DNA from: Alphaproteobacteria bacterium
GTDB taxonomy: Bacteria; Pseudomonadota; Alphaproteobacteria; CACIAM-22H2
NCBI GenBank assembly: GCA_036381615.1
Contig: DASVCL010000078.1
Location: 5,860 to 69,859, forward strand
Length of the DNA stretch: 64,000 nucleotides
Direction: 5' to 3'
Shown: one piece after another, positions 9,543-17,868 of the stretch
Position numbering within the stretch: the first letter of the stretch is position 1
How the letters are laid out: the number at the start of each line of letters is the position of its first letter
Position numbers and translations under genes: made by a program
The notes under the pieces: model-generated
Databases searched by the model: none
What the model was told of the DNA's origin: nothing
Seen by the model: the letters and a program-made list of their open reading frames with translations, nothing else

Positions 9543-10445
9543 TCAGAATCCGATCTCGACCCCGTGCGGCGTGAAGGTCGCGGTCGCGCGGCGCGCCGAG
9601 TGGCACTGGATGTTGACCGCGACCGGGTTCATCGTAATGTGGGTCGCGGCCAGCTCGACATGCACGGCGAATGCCGTCGAATCGCCGCCGAGGCCCTGCG
9701 GCCCGATGCCGAGCGCATTGACGGCGTCGGTCAGCATGCGCTCGAGCTTCGCACCCTCTGGGTCGGGGCAGACCGATCCGAGCGGCCGCGTCGCCGCGAT
9801 CTTGGCAAGGTGCATGCAGAGGTCCGACGTGCCGCCCACGCCGACACCGACGATGGTCGGCGGGCACACCTTGCCACCTGCTTCCATGACGCGGTCGATC
9901 ACGAACGTCTTCACCCCTTCGACGCCGTCGGCCGGAATGCACATCTTCAGGAACGAGCCGTTCTCGGATCCGGAGCCCTTCGGGATCATCTCGAGCCTGA
10001 GTTCGCGCGGTGTCTCCATGAAGTCGATGTTGATCACCGGCACGCCCGGGCCGCATGAGGTATGCTCGTTCACGCGCGTGATCGGGTGGACGACCGACGA
10101 GCGCAGCGGATGTTCCCGCGTCGCCCGCTCGACCCCGCGCCGGATCGCCGCCTTGAGCGCGACGCCGTCGATCTCGACGTGGCGGCCGATGACGACGTTG
10201 TAGATCGGGATGCCGGTATCCTGGCACAGCAGGTTCTCGGTGCGCTCGGCGACGGCAATGTTCTCGATCATGGTGGCGAGGATCGTCTTGGCCGTCGCGT
10301 CGCTTTCGGTCGCGTCGAGCCGGCGGAAGCCGGCCTTGATGTCGTCCGGCAGGACCTTGAGCGCGCGGATATAGAGAAGCTTGGCCGCTTCCTCCACCGC
10401 GCCCGGGTCGACGTGAAGCTTTTCGGCTTCGCTGTGATCGTTCAT
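9543..10445 (-). CDS. Fe-S hydro-lyase alpha subunit (class I fumarase N-terminal / L-tartrate dehydratase TtdA family)
   Basis: Three candidate cluster Cys in family context: LCQDTGIP, KVCPPTIVGVGVGGT, NIQCHSARR. True start is MNDHSEAEK at 10443-10445, overlapping the permease stop (ATGA). The track ORF 9543..11156 is over-extended. Confidence 0.85.
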   Translation of the reverse strand: MNDHSEAEKLHVDPGAVEEAAKLLYIRALKVLPDDIKAGFRRLDATESDATAKTILATMIENIAVAERTENLLCQDTGIPIYNVVIGRHVEIDGVALKAAIRRGVERATREHPLRSSVVHPITRVNEHTSCGPGVPVINIDFMETPRELRLEMIPKGSGSENGSFLKMCIPADGVEGVKTFVIDRVMEAGGKVCPPTIVGVGVGGTSDLCMHLAKIAATRPLGSVCPDPEGAKLERMLTDAVNALGIGPQGLGGDSTAFAVHVELAATHITMNPVAVNIQCHSARRATATFTPHGVEIGF

Positions 10446-11326
10446 CGCTGCATGCCCCATTTGCGCACGGTCTTCATCTCGACCGTGCGGAAGATGACGC
10501 TCTCGACCACAAGGCCGATGATGATAACGGCGGTGAGGCCTGCGAACACGTAAGCCGTTTCGAGCTGGTTGCGATTTTCGAAGATGAACCAGCCGAGACC
10601 GCCCGAACCCGACGAAACGCCGAACACGAGCTCGGCCGCGATCAGCGTGCGCCAGGCAAAGGCCCAGCCGATCTTGAGGCCGGCCAGAATCGACGGGAAT
10701 GCGGCCGGGATGAGGATGTGCATGACGTAGCGCAGGCCCCTGAGGCCATAATTCTGTCCCGCCATGCGCTGCGTCTCCGGCACCGACAGAAAGCCGGTAT
10801 GCGTATTGAGCGCCACCGCCCACAGCACTGAATGGATGATGACGAAGACGAGGCTGGGGGTGCCGAGCCCGAACCACAGCAGCGCGAGCGGCAGCAGCGC
10901 AATCGCCGGCAACGGATTGAACATCGACGTCAGGGTCGAGAGCAGGTCGGTACCGATGCGGGTCGAAACGGCGAGCGTCGTGAAAACGGCGGCAAGGAAG
11001 ATGCCGGTCGCATAACCCATCATCAGAACCTTGATCGACGTCCAGATGCGGTCGAGAAGCGGCCCGCGCGCGGTCGCATCGAACAGCGCCGCGACGGTGT
11101 CGCTGAACGCGGGCAGCATCAGCGGGTTGTCCACCCACCGGGCATAGAGCTCCCACGCCGCGGCAAGCACGACCAGAATCACGGCCTTGCGGACGGCGTC
11201 GACGTTGGTGATCCGTTCCCAGGTGGAGAGCGGGCGCGCGACGTCCCCGATCTGGCCTTCCTCGAGCGTCGTGTGCTCGAACTCCGCGCGGATCGGCGGA
11301 GAAACGGTGATGCGTGCGTCAGCCAT
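10442..11326 (-). CDS. ABC transporter permease, NitT/TauT (SsuC/TauC-like) family
   Basis: 294 aa, multi-TM, with the typical family loop (RMAGQNYGLRGLRYVMHILIPAAFPSILAGLKIGWAFAWRTLIAAE). Overlaps the ATPase gene by 8 nt. Confidence 0.85.
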   Translation of the reverse strand: MADARITVSPPIRAEFEHTTLEEGQIGDVARPLSTWERITNVDAVRKAVILVVLAAAWELYARWVDNPLMLPAFSDTVAALFDATARGPLLDRIWTSIKVLMMGYATGIFLAAVFTTLAVSTRIGTDLLSTLTSMFNPLPAIALLPLALLWFGLGTPSLVFVIIHSVLWAVALNTHTGFLSVPETQRMAGQNYGLRGLRYVMHILIPAAFPSILAGLKIGWAFAWRTLIAAELVFGVSSGSGGLGWFIFENRNQLETAYVFAGLTAVIIIGLVVESVIFRTVEMKTVRKWGMQR

Positions 11327-12131
11327 GGCCCGCCGCCCTCTCCTGCTCGATGCGCTCCGCGAACAGCATGTTGTGGATGCGCTGGTTCAGGGCCATGAAC
11401 TCGGGCCCGCCCTGGTGGCCATGGCCGAACTCATGCGCGTTAAGTTCAGCCTTGACGCGGCCGGGATGCGGGCTGAGGACGAGGATGCGCGAGCCGACGA
11501 TGATCGCCTCCTCGATCGAGTGCGTCACGAACAGCACCGTAAACCGCGTTTCCTCCCACAGCTGGATCAGCTCCTCCTGCATCTTGCGGCGGGTCAACGC
11601 GTCGAGGGCCGCGAACGGCTCGTCCATCAGCAGGATGTCCGGCTCCATCGCCATCGCGCGGGCGATCGCCACGCGCTGCTTCATGCCGCCGGACAGCATG
11701 TGCGGATGGACGTCGCGGAACTTGGTCAGGTTGACCTTGTCGATGTATTTGAGCGCGCGATCCTCCGCTTCGCCGCGGCGGTACTTGCCGCTGACCAGCA
11801 TCGGAAACATGACGTTCTGCAGCACGGTCTTCCAGGGCAGAAGCTGGTCGAATTCCTGGAACACCATCATGCGATCCGGCCCGGGGCGGTCGACGGGCCG
11901 CCCCTGCAGCCGGATGCTGCCTTCGACCGGCCGCATGAAGCCGGCCACGCCTTTGAGCAGCGTCGACTTGCCGCAACCGGAAGGTCCAAGCAGTACGAAC
12001 CGGTCGGCCGGGTAGACGCTGAAGCTCACCCGATATGTCGCCGTCACAAGATGGTCGCGCGTCTTGTACTGGAGCGTGACGCCGTCGACCTCGAGCAGCG
12101 GCGCGATGTTCGACAGCGAAGCGCCGGGCAT
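11319..12131 (-). CDS. ABC transporter ATP-binding protein, nitrate/sulfonate/taurine (SsuB/TauB-like) type
   Basis: Walker A GPSGCGKST, signature LSGGMKQRVAIARA, Walker B ILLMDEPF. Confidence 0.9.
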   Translation of the reverse strand: MPGASLSNIAPLLEVDGVTLQYKTRDHLVTATYRVSFSVYPADRFVLLGPSGCGKSTLLKGVAGFMRPVEGSIRLQGRPVDRPGPDRMMVFQEFDQLLPWKTVLQNVMFPMLVSGKYRRGEAEDRALKYIDKVNLTKFRDVHPHMLSGGMKQRVAIARAMAMEPDILLMDEPFAALDALTRRKMQEELIQLWEETRFTVLFVTHSIEEAIIVGSRILVLSPHPGRVKAELNAHEFGHGHQGGPEFMALNQRIHNMLFAERIEQERAAGHG

Positions 12132-12141
12132 GACGTGCGCC

Positions 12142-13158
12142 TCAGCTTCCCTGTTTGTCGTGGATTTCGGGGAAGAACATCTCCTTCCACGACCCGGGCA
12201 TGTTCCGGATCGAGCCGACCTTGTGCATGAACTCGGCGTACTTCATCACGTTCTGCGGGGTCGTGGTGAAGACGTTGTCCGGATCGTTCAGGATCTTCTC
12301 GACGAACTCCTGCGACAGCTTGGAGTTCTCGGCCTTGATCCACAGCGCGGCCGCCTCCTTCTTGTTGGCGTTGATCCACTGGGTCGCCTCCTCGACCGCC
12401 GCCAGGAAGGCCTTGTAGGTCTTCGGGTTCTTCTCGCGGAATGCCGTGGTCGTCCAGATCGTATTGAAGGTGGCCGGCCCGCCGAGCACCTCGAACGAGC
12501 TGAGCACGCGGCGCACGCGCTTGTCCTCCAGCTCCATGTACTGGAACGGCGCCGAGGTGAAGTGGCCGGTGATCTCGCTCTGTCCCGACATCATCGCCGC
12601 CATTCCGTCGGGATGCGACATCGACACCGTCAGCCGGTCGAGCGCGTCATACTTCCCCAAGGCCTTCTCGACCGCCATCTGCAGCGTCACCGCCTGGATC
12701 GACACCTTCACCGCCGGCAGCGCGATCTTGTCCTTGTCCGTGAAGTCCTTCACCGTCTTCACGTTCGGATTGATCGTGTTGAGATACAGTGGCATCGAGT
12801 TGATCGACGACACGCCCTTGACGTCCAGGTTGCCCTTCGTCTTGGCCCAGATCGTGACGAGAGGGCCGACGCCGCCCGAGGGAAAGTCGAGGCTGCCCGA
12901 GATCAGCGCCTCGTTCATGGCGGCGCCGGAGCTGAACTTCGTCCACTCGGTCTTGATGTCGCCGAGGCCGGCGGCCTTGGCATGCTTTTCGACGAGCTTC
13001 TTCTCCTCCATTACCGTGAGCGGCAGGTAGGAGATTCCGAACTGCTTGGCGATACGCACCGTGTCCGTCTCGGCACGCGCGGGCGCACCGAGCAGCACGG
13101 CAATGGCACCTGCAGAAATCGCCAGACATATCGACCGATTGAATTCTCGTATCGTCAT
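12142..13158 (-). CDS. Periplasmic substrate-binding protein, NMT1/SsuA/TauA-like
   Basis: Signal peptide MTIREFNRSICLAISAGAIAVLLGAPARA. Strong SD (GAGGAGGAACACGGAA before the ATG). Paired with NitT/TauT permease and ATPase genes. Confidence 0.8.
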   Translation of the reverse strand: MTIREFNRSICLAISAGAIAVLLGAPARAETDTVRIAKQFGISYLPLTVMEEKKLVEKHAKAAGLGDIKTEWTKFSSGAAMNEALISGSLDFPSGGVGPLVTIWAKTKGNLDVKGVSSINSMPLYLNTINPNVKTVKDFTDKDKIALPAVKVSIQAVTLQMAVEKALGKYDALDRLTVSMSHPDGMAAMMSGQSEITGHFTSAPFQYMELEDKRVRRVLSSFEVLGGPATFNTIWTTTAFREKNPKTYKAFLAAVEEATQWINANKKEAAALWIKAENSKLSQEFVEKILNDPDNVFTTTPQNVMKYAEFMHKVGSIRNMPGSWKEMFFPEIHDKQGS

Positions 13159-13226
13159 TTCCGTGTTCCTCCTCTAGTTCGAATTGCGCCGGTCTTGGCC
13201 GGCTGCTTTTTTTATTTCGCAAAGTA

Positions 13227-13955
13227 TCACACGAGCAGACCGATCCCGGAACCCAGAAGCAGCAGCAGGACGATGCGCCTGAACTGTGCATCATCGACGC
13301 GGGCATAGAGCTTGAGACCGAGCCAGGTGCCGATCACGAGCGCGGGCAGACAGATCAGGAACTGCGCCACCGTCCGCATCCCGATCGTCCCGAACCCGCC
13401 CAGCCAGACCAGGGCCAGGAGCTGCATCACGAAGATATAGGGCTGGTACACGCCGCGCTGGATCTGCTTCGGCCAGCCGCGCAGTCCGCACCAGATCGTG
13501 GGGATCGCACCCGAGAGGCCGGCGAGCCCGCCCATGACGCCGCCGATGAAGCCGATCGCGCCGTCGACGGCGCGCCCGCCGGCGTCGATCGCCGCCGCCA
13601 CGGGGCGCAGGAACATGAAGACGCTGTAGGCGACCAGGAAAGCGCCGACGGCGAGCCGGAACACGGGCACGTCGATGTGCTGCAGCAGAAACGCGCCGAG
13701 CGGGATGCCGACGATTCCGCCGATCAGGAACGGATGCAGTCGCAGCCAGTCGATGCTGCCCTTGAGCGCAAGCAGCGTAATGGTCTGCGCCGTGAGCGAG
13801 CCGGCAAGCACCAGCGGCACTGCTTCGGCAGGAGCCAGCACGTAGAGATAGATTCCGGTCGCGATCAGCGCGAAGGCGAATCCGGCGAGGCCCGAGGCGA
13901 ACGCCGCGACGAACGTCGCGAGCGAGAGCAGCAGATCGCCCGTCACCGTGCTCAT
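13227..13955 (-). CDS. TauE/SafE (DUF81) family anion (sulfite/organosulfonate) exporter
   Basis: 242 aa with about 7-8 TM segments and the typical Gly-rich repeats (GFIGGVMGGLAGLSG). Its ATG overlaps the stop of the upstream membrane-anchor gene (ATGA at 13952-13955). Confidence 0.8.
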   Translation of the reverse strand: MSTVTGDLLLSLATFVAAFASGLAGFAFALIATGIYLYVLAPAEAVPLVLAGSLTAQTITLLALKGSIDWLRLHPFLIGGIVGIPLGAFLLQHIDVPVFRLAVGAFLVAYSVFMFLRPVAAAIDAGGRAVDGAIGFIGGVMGGLAGLSGAIPTIWCGLRGWPKQIQRGVYQPYIFVMQLLALVWLGGFGTIGMRTVAQFLICLPALVIGTWLGLKLYARVDDAQFRRIVLLLLLGSGIGLLV

Positions 13956-14320
13956 GGACCGGTCACGTTCAGCAGGAACAGCAGGCCGACGGCGAGACTG
14001 AACCCGGCCGTGGCCGCCACCGCCGTGCGTTGCCAGTCGCGCCAGCCGGCGAATTCGATCGCGAGCAGCCGCAACCCGCCGGCGAGATGGGCCGTGAGCA
14101 GCATGACGAGGCCGGTCTCGGCGAGCTTCAGGAGCGGATGCTCCGTCCAGCGCAGGAAACCGTCGAGCGCGGCCTCGCCCCGGATCGCCTGGCCGAGGGC
14201 CCAGAAGTGGAACGGCAGGAACAGCGCCAGCAGCAGTCCCGACAGGCGGTGCACGACGAAGGCCGCGTAGTTGGGATGCGCACGGGCCCGCCAGGCGAGA
14301 TGCGCGTGACCCGCGCTCAT
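13952..14320 (-). CDS. Succinate dehydrogenase/fumarate reductase-type membrane anchor (cytochrome b-like) subunit
   Basis: 122 aa, 3 TM, conserved His in TM segments (FVVHRLSGLLLALFLPFHFW, LLTAHLAGG). Start re-picked at the ATG at 14318-14320. Sits in an sdhB-anchor-anchor arrangement. Confidence 0.65.
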   Translation of the reverse strand: MSAGHAHLAWRARAHPNYAAFVVHRLSGLLLALFLPFHFWALGQAIRGEAALDGFLRWTEHPLLKLAETGLVMLLTAHLAGGLRLLAIEFAGWRDWQRTAVAATAGFSLAVGLLFLLNVTGP

Positions 14321-14333
14321 GCCGTGATCCCGC

Positions 14334-14681
14334 TCATGCGAACAGCCCCCCGATCGCGCGCCAACCGAAGGCGACGAGGAATAGCGCGAACGCGGCCGTG
14401 GCCACGTCGAGCGAGCGGTCACGCCACGGCGTCATTTCGCGCAGGATCGTGCGCAGGCCCAGCGGTGCGTGCACCGCGACGGCAAGCACGAACACGCCAT
14501 AGAAGAGCAGCCAGCCGACCGAGCCTCGCGTACGCGCCAGGATCTCCGCGGCCGAAAGCCCACCGTGCACAGCATAGACGATCACTGCCAGATGGATTGC
14601 GACGCAGACGGCGAGCACCGCCGCCGAGGCGCGCTGCGCGGTCCACAGCAGAGCCTCGATGCGCCGCGACACCCTCGACAT
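14334..14681 (-). CDS. Second small membrane anchor subunit of the SDH/FRD-like complex
   Basis: 115 aa, 3 TM, His residues (AIHLAVIVYAVH, AVAVHAPLG). ATG at 14679-14681, 3 nt after the Fe-S subunit stop. Confidence 0.65.
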   Translation of the reverse strand: MSRVSRRIEALLWTAQRASAAVLAVCVAIHLAVIVYAVHGGLSAAEILARTRGSVGWLLFYGVFVLAVAVHAPLGLRTILREMTPWRDRSLDVATAAFALFLVAFGWRAIGGLFA

Positions 14682-14684
14682 CGC

Positions 14685-15404
14685 TCAGATCTTCCCTTTG
14701 AGGGCCGCGAGTGCCGTCGCGCGCTTGAGGCCCGCGATCGAGCCGGTCGGATCGAGATGCTTGGGACAGAACTCGCGGCAGCTCTGCTGCGTGTGACAGG
14801 CATGGCAGCCGGCATCGCCCGCGACCGCCGCCAGGCGTTCGTCGCGCGCGCCGTCGCGCACGTCATTGACGAGCGTCCAGGCCCGGTTGAGCGCGGCGGG
14901 ACCGAGATAATCCGGGTTCCACGACACGACGTCGCAAGCGGCATAACAAACGCCGCAGCCGATGCACTCGATCGCCGCATCGGCGGCCTGGCGCTCGCGG
15001 CTGTCGGGCGGCACCACGGCGAAGTCCGTCGCCGCACCGGGGGCCGACACGAAGCGGCCCTGGGCGCGCGCCCACTTGTCGAAGAAGACGGTCATGTCGA
15101 CCGCGAGATCTTTGATGACCGGCAGGTTGCGGAGCGGGGCGATCGTGACGCCGTCGCCGTCCGCCACCTTCGCCACATGCGTGCGGCATGTCCATCGTGG
15201 TACGCCGTTCACGCTCATCGCGCACGACCCGCACATGCCGACGCGGCAGGCGTAGCGGTACGACAGCGTCGGGTCGATCCGGCGCTGGATCCAGGTGACG
15301 ACGTCCAGGACCGTCTGGCTCTCGCGGCGCGGCACGGTATACGTCTCGAACCGTCCCCTCTCGGTCCCGCGCCAGATCCGTACCGTGAGCGTCGCGTCGC
15401 TCAA
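14685..15404 (-). CDS. Succinate dehydrogenase/fumarate reductase iron-sulfur subunit (SdhB/FrdB-like)
   Basis: 2Fe-2S motif CRVGMCGSCAM...C, 4Fe-4S motif CIGCGVCYAAC, 3Fe-4S motif CHACHTQQSCREFCP. TTG start at 15402-15404, preceded by GGAGGAGG. Confidence 0.88.
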   Translation of the reverse strand: MSDATLTVRIWRGTERGRFETYTVPRRESQTVLDVVTWIQRRIDPTLSYRYACRVGMCGSCAMSVNGVPRWTCRTHVAKVADGDGVTIAPLRNLPVIKDLAVDMTVFFDKWARAQGRFVSAPGAATDFAVVPPDSRERQAADAAIECIGCGVCYAACDVVSWNPDYLGPAALNRAWTLVNDVRDGARDERLAAVAGDAGCHACHTQQSCREFCPKHLDPTGSIAGLKRATALAALKGKI

Positions 15405-15485
15405 TATGCCTCCTCCCGATGGCTGAAGGCCGCTTGCCCGCGGCTCTTGTCGGTCTCCCTCACTCCTGGACAGAGGGTTGCGGTC

Positions 15486-16688
15486 TCACGCGCTTTGATA
15501 GAGCTTGGTCAGCACGAACTCGCGATGCCCCAGTGCTTCGGCCGCGGTGAGACGGCCGTTGCAGGTCCGGATCATGATGTCGATCAGGCGGTCACCTGCC
15601 TCGTCGAGCGTCATCTCGCGCCGCAGAATGCCCGAGACATCGAGGTCGATGTGCTCGCTCATTTCCCGCGCCGTCCGCGGGTTCGCGGTCAGCTTGATGA
15701 CCGGCTCGATTGGGTTGCCGATCACGTTGCCCTGGCCGGTCGGGAACAGATGGACGACGAAGCCGCCCGCCGCCTGGAGCGTCACGCATTCCGCGGCAGC
15801 CGACGACGTGTCCATGAAGTAGAGCCCGGGGCCCTTCGACGGCTCCTCGGCCGGCCTCAGCACGTCGATGAACTTCGTATTGCGGCCGATCTTCTGGAAG
15901 TTGCCGAACGCCTTTTCCTCGATCGTCGTCAGGCCACCGGCGATGTTGCCCTTGGTCGGCTGGGACTCCGACAGGTCGTTCGTCTTGTAGCGGTTGATCA
16001 TGTCGTTGTAGGCGCGCCACGTCGCCAGGAACTTCTCCGCGACTTCCTTGGTCGCCGCGCGCTGCGCGCAGATCACCTCGGCGCCGGTGAGCTCCGACGT
16101 CTCGCCGAAGCACGTCGTCGCACCCAGCGGATCGATCTTGTCGATCAGGTTGCCGACGGTCGGGTTCGAGGCGAGACCGGACGTCGTGTCGGACTCGCCG
16201 CACTTGCACGACACCCACAGCTCGTTGATGTAGCACTCCTCGCGCTGCAGCTCCGAGGCCCAGTGCAGGAATTCCTTCGCCTTGCGCGACGCCTTGGCGA
16301 TCGTGTTGATGTCGCCGTTGCCTTCGATCGAGAAGCCCTCGACCGGCTTGCCGGTCCTGGCGATGCCATCGACCACGCGCTTGGTCCAGCCGGGCTCGAT
16401 GCCGATGACCACGACCGCCGCGACGTTCGGGTTGGCGCCGGTGCCGATCAGGGTGCGGAAATGGAGCTCGAGGTCCTCGCCGAACTGCAGACGCCCATAG
16501 GCGTGCGGCAGCGCCATCGTGCCCTTGATGTTGTTGGCGACCGCCTCGCACGCGGCGTTCGACAGGTCGTCGAGCGGCAGGATGATGACATGGTTGCGGA
16601 TGCCGACGCGCCCGTTCGGGCGCCGGTAGCCCTGGAACCGAAGATCGTGTCCGTTCTTCTTCGCTGGCGTCCTGGCCATGGCTACCAC
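15486..16688 (-). CDS. UxaA-family dehydratase/lyase large subunit, (2R)-sulfolactate sulfo-lyase SuyB-like
   Basis: About 400 aa, UxaA C-terminal-type sequence ([19 protein letters not shown]..., [30 protein letters not shown]). GTG at 16688 or ATG at 16679; overlaps or abuts the small-subunit stop at 16682. Confidence 0.8.
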   Translation of the reverse strand: MVAMARTPAKKNGHDLRFQGYRRPNGRVGIRNHVIILPLDDLSNAACEAVANNIKGTMALPHAYGRLQFGEDLELHFRTLIGTGANPNVAAVVVIGIEPGWTKRVVDGIARTGKPVEGFSIEGNGDINTIAKASRKAKEFLHWASELQREECYINELWVSCKCGESDTTSGLASNPTVGNLIDKIDPLGATTCFGETSELTGAEVICAQRAATKEVAEKFLATWRAYNDMINRYKTNDLSESQPTKGNIAGGLTTIEEKAFGNFQKIGRNTKFIDVLRPAEEPSKGPGLYFMDTSSAAAECVTLQAAGGFVVHLFPTGQGNVIGNPIEPVIKLTANPRTAREMSEHIDLDVSGILRREMTLDEAGDRLIDIMIRTCNGRLTAAEALGHREFVLTKLYQSA

Positions 16689-16966
16689 CTCTTGGTCTTC
16701 ACGTTGTGGACGTGCACGTGGCGGCCCTTGCCGATGTCGGCGATGGCGCGCCCGATGTCATTGCCGTACTTGATGATCGTGTCTCCGTTCTTGATGTCCT
16801 GGAGCGCGATCTTGTGGCCGAGCGGCACGGCATCGAGCGCATCGACGTAGATCGTCTTGTCGCCCTCCATCACCCAGCCTTCGAGCCTCTGGCCCGGCTT
16901 CACGTCCTCGACGACCACGACGCCGACCGTGTCCTTCGCATCGTGAACGATGAAATGGGTCGTCAT
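16682..16966 (-). CDS. SAF-domain small subunit of the UxaA-family enzyme, SuyA-like (94 aa)
   Basis: [37 protein letters not shown]...[17 protein letters not shown] at 16964-16966, preceded by GGGGGAGGA. The track ORF 16682..17794 is over-extended. Confidence 0.8.
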   Translation of the reverse strand: MTTHFIVHDAKDTVGVVVVEDVKPGQRLEGWVMEGDKTIYVDALDAVPLGHKIALQDIKNGDTIIKYGNDIGRAIADIGKGRHVHVHNVKTKRW

Positions 16967-17047
16967 TCCTCCCCCTTGCCTTTTGCGCGGGATTTTAAAG
17001 GTTGAGGCTAGGCCGCCCGCCGCGGACGAGTCAATGCGGAACTTATG

Positions 17048-17059
17048 TCTTATATAAGA
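17048..17059. promoter_or_regulatory. Perfect 12-bp AT-rich palindrome TCTTATATAAGA, candidate operator of the adjacent HutC-type GntR regulator
   Basis: Read directly in the 123-bp divergent region between the SuyA-like gene and the gntR gene, about 30 bp upstream of the gntR ATG. Context: atGTCTTATATAAGAtag. Confidence 0.45.
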
Positions 17060-17089
17060 TAGTGTTAGCTGTGCTAGGATGCGCGGGCA

Positions 17090-17815
17090 ATGAACGCGAC
17101 GCTCGGCTTCCGCCCGCTCTATGCCCAGGTCAAGGACCTGCTCGTGCAGCGCCTCGTCTCCGGCGTATGGAAGCCGGGCGAGGCGCTGCCGTCGGAGTTC
17201 AGCCTCGCGGCCGAGCTCAAGGTCAGCCAGGGCACGGTCCGCAAGGCACTCGACGATCTGGCCGCGCAGAACCTCGTCGTACGCCAGCAGGGTAAGGGAA
17301 CCTTCGTCGCCCGGCACACGCCCCAGCGCGCCCTCTTCCACTTCTTTCATCTCGTGGGCGACGACGGCGAGCGGGCGCTCCCGTCGCATCGCGTCCTTGC
17401 GTTGCGCAACGCGCGGGCGACGAAGGCGCAGGCCGAACGCCTGAAGCTTGCCGCGGGTGCCCCCGTGATCGCGCTCAAGCGCATCCGTCTGCTCGGCGGC
17501 CGTCCGGCGATCTTCGAGCGCATCGTCCTGCCGGGCGCCCTCTTCCCCGGTCTCGTCGAACGCCTGGCCGACCGGCTGCCGAACGAGGTGTACCGTTTCT
17601 ATGAAGAGAAATACGGCGTCACCGTCGCCCGCGCGGTCGAGCGCCTCAAGGCCGTCGCGGCCACGCCCGAGGAGGCGAAGGCGCTCGGCCTTGAAGCCGG
17701 CGCGCCGCTGCTCGAGATCGACCGTACCGCCTACGGCCTCGACGGACGTCCGGTCGAGCTGCGCCTGAGCCGCTGCGACACGGCGCGGCATCATTACCTG
17801 AGCGAGATTACGTAG
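17090..17815 (+). CDS. GntR-family transcriptional regulator, HutC subfamily (UTRA effector domain)
   Basis: wHTH sequence LPSEFSLAAELKVSQGTVRKALDDLAAQNLVVRQQGKGTFV plus a UTRA-like C-terminal half. Divergent from the large catabolic cluster. Confidence 0.88.
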   Translation: MNATLGFRPLYAQVKDLLVQRLVSGVWKPGEALPSEFSLAAELKVSQGTVRKALDDLAAQNLVVRQQGKGTFVARHTPQRALFHFFHLVGDDGERALPSHRVLALRNARATKAQAERLKLAAGAPVIALKRIRLLGGRPAIFERIVLPGALFPGLVERLADRLPNEVYRFYEEKYGVTVARAVERLKAVAATPEEAKALGLEAGAPLLEIDRTAYGLDGRPVELRLSRCDTARHHYLSEIT

Positions 17816-17868
17816 TCGCCGCTTCAGTCCGGGCGATCAGTCTGCCGATCCGCCCGTCGGGGCGGCAT

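Noticed and set aside
13186-13217. Hairpin GCCGG-TCTTGG-CCGGC followed by TGCTTTTTTTATTT, which looks like an intrinsic terminator between tauE and the binding-protein gene.
   Set aside because: The T-run follows the stem only on the plus strand, whereas both flanking genes are on the minus strand. In their orientation there is an A-run before the stem and no U-tract after it. The stem is also only 5 bp. It is at most an antisense or bidirectional element, so I did not call it a terminator for the operon.
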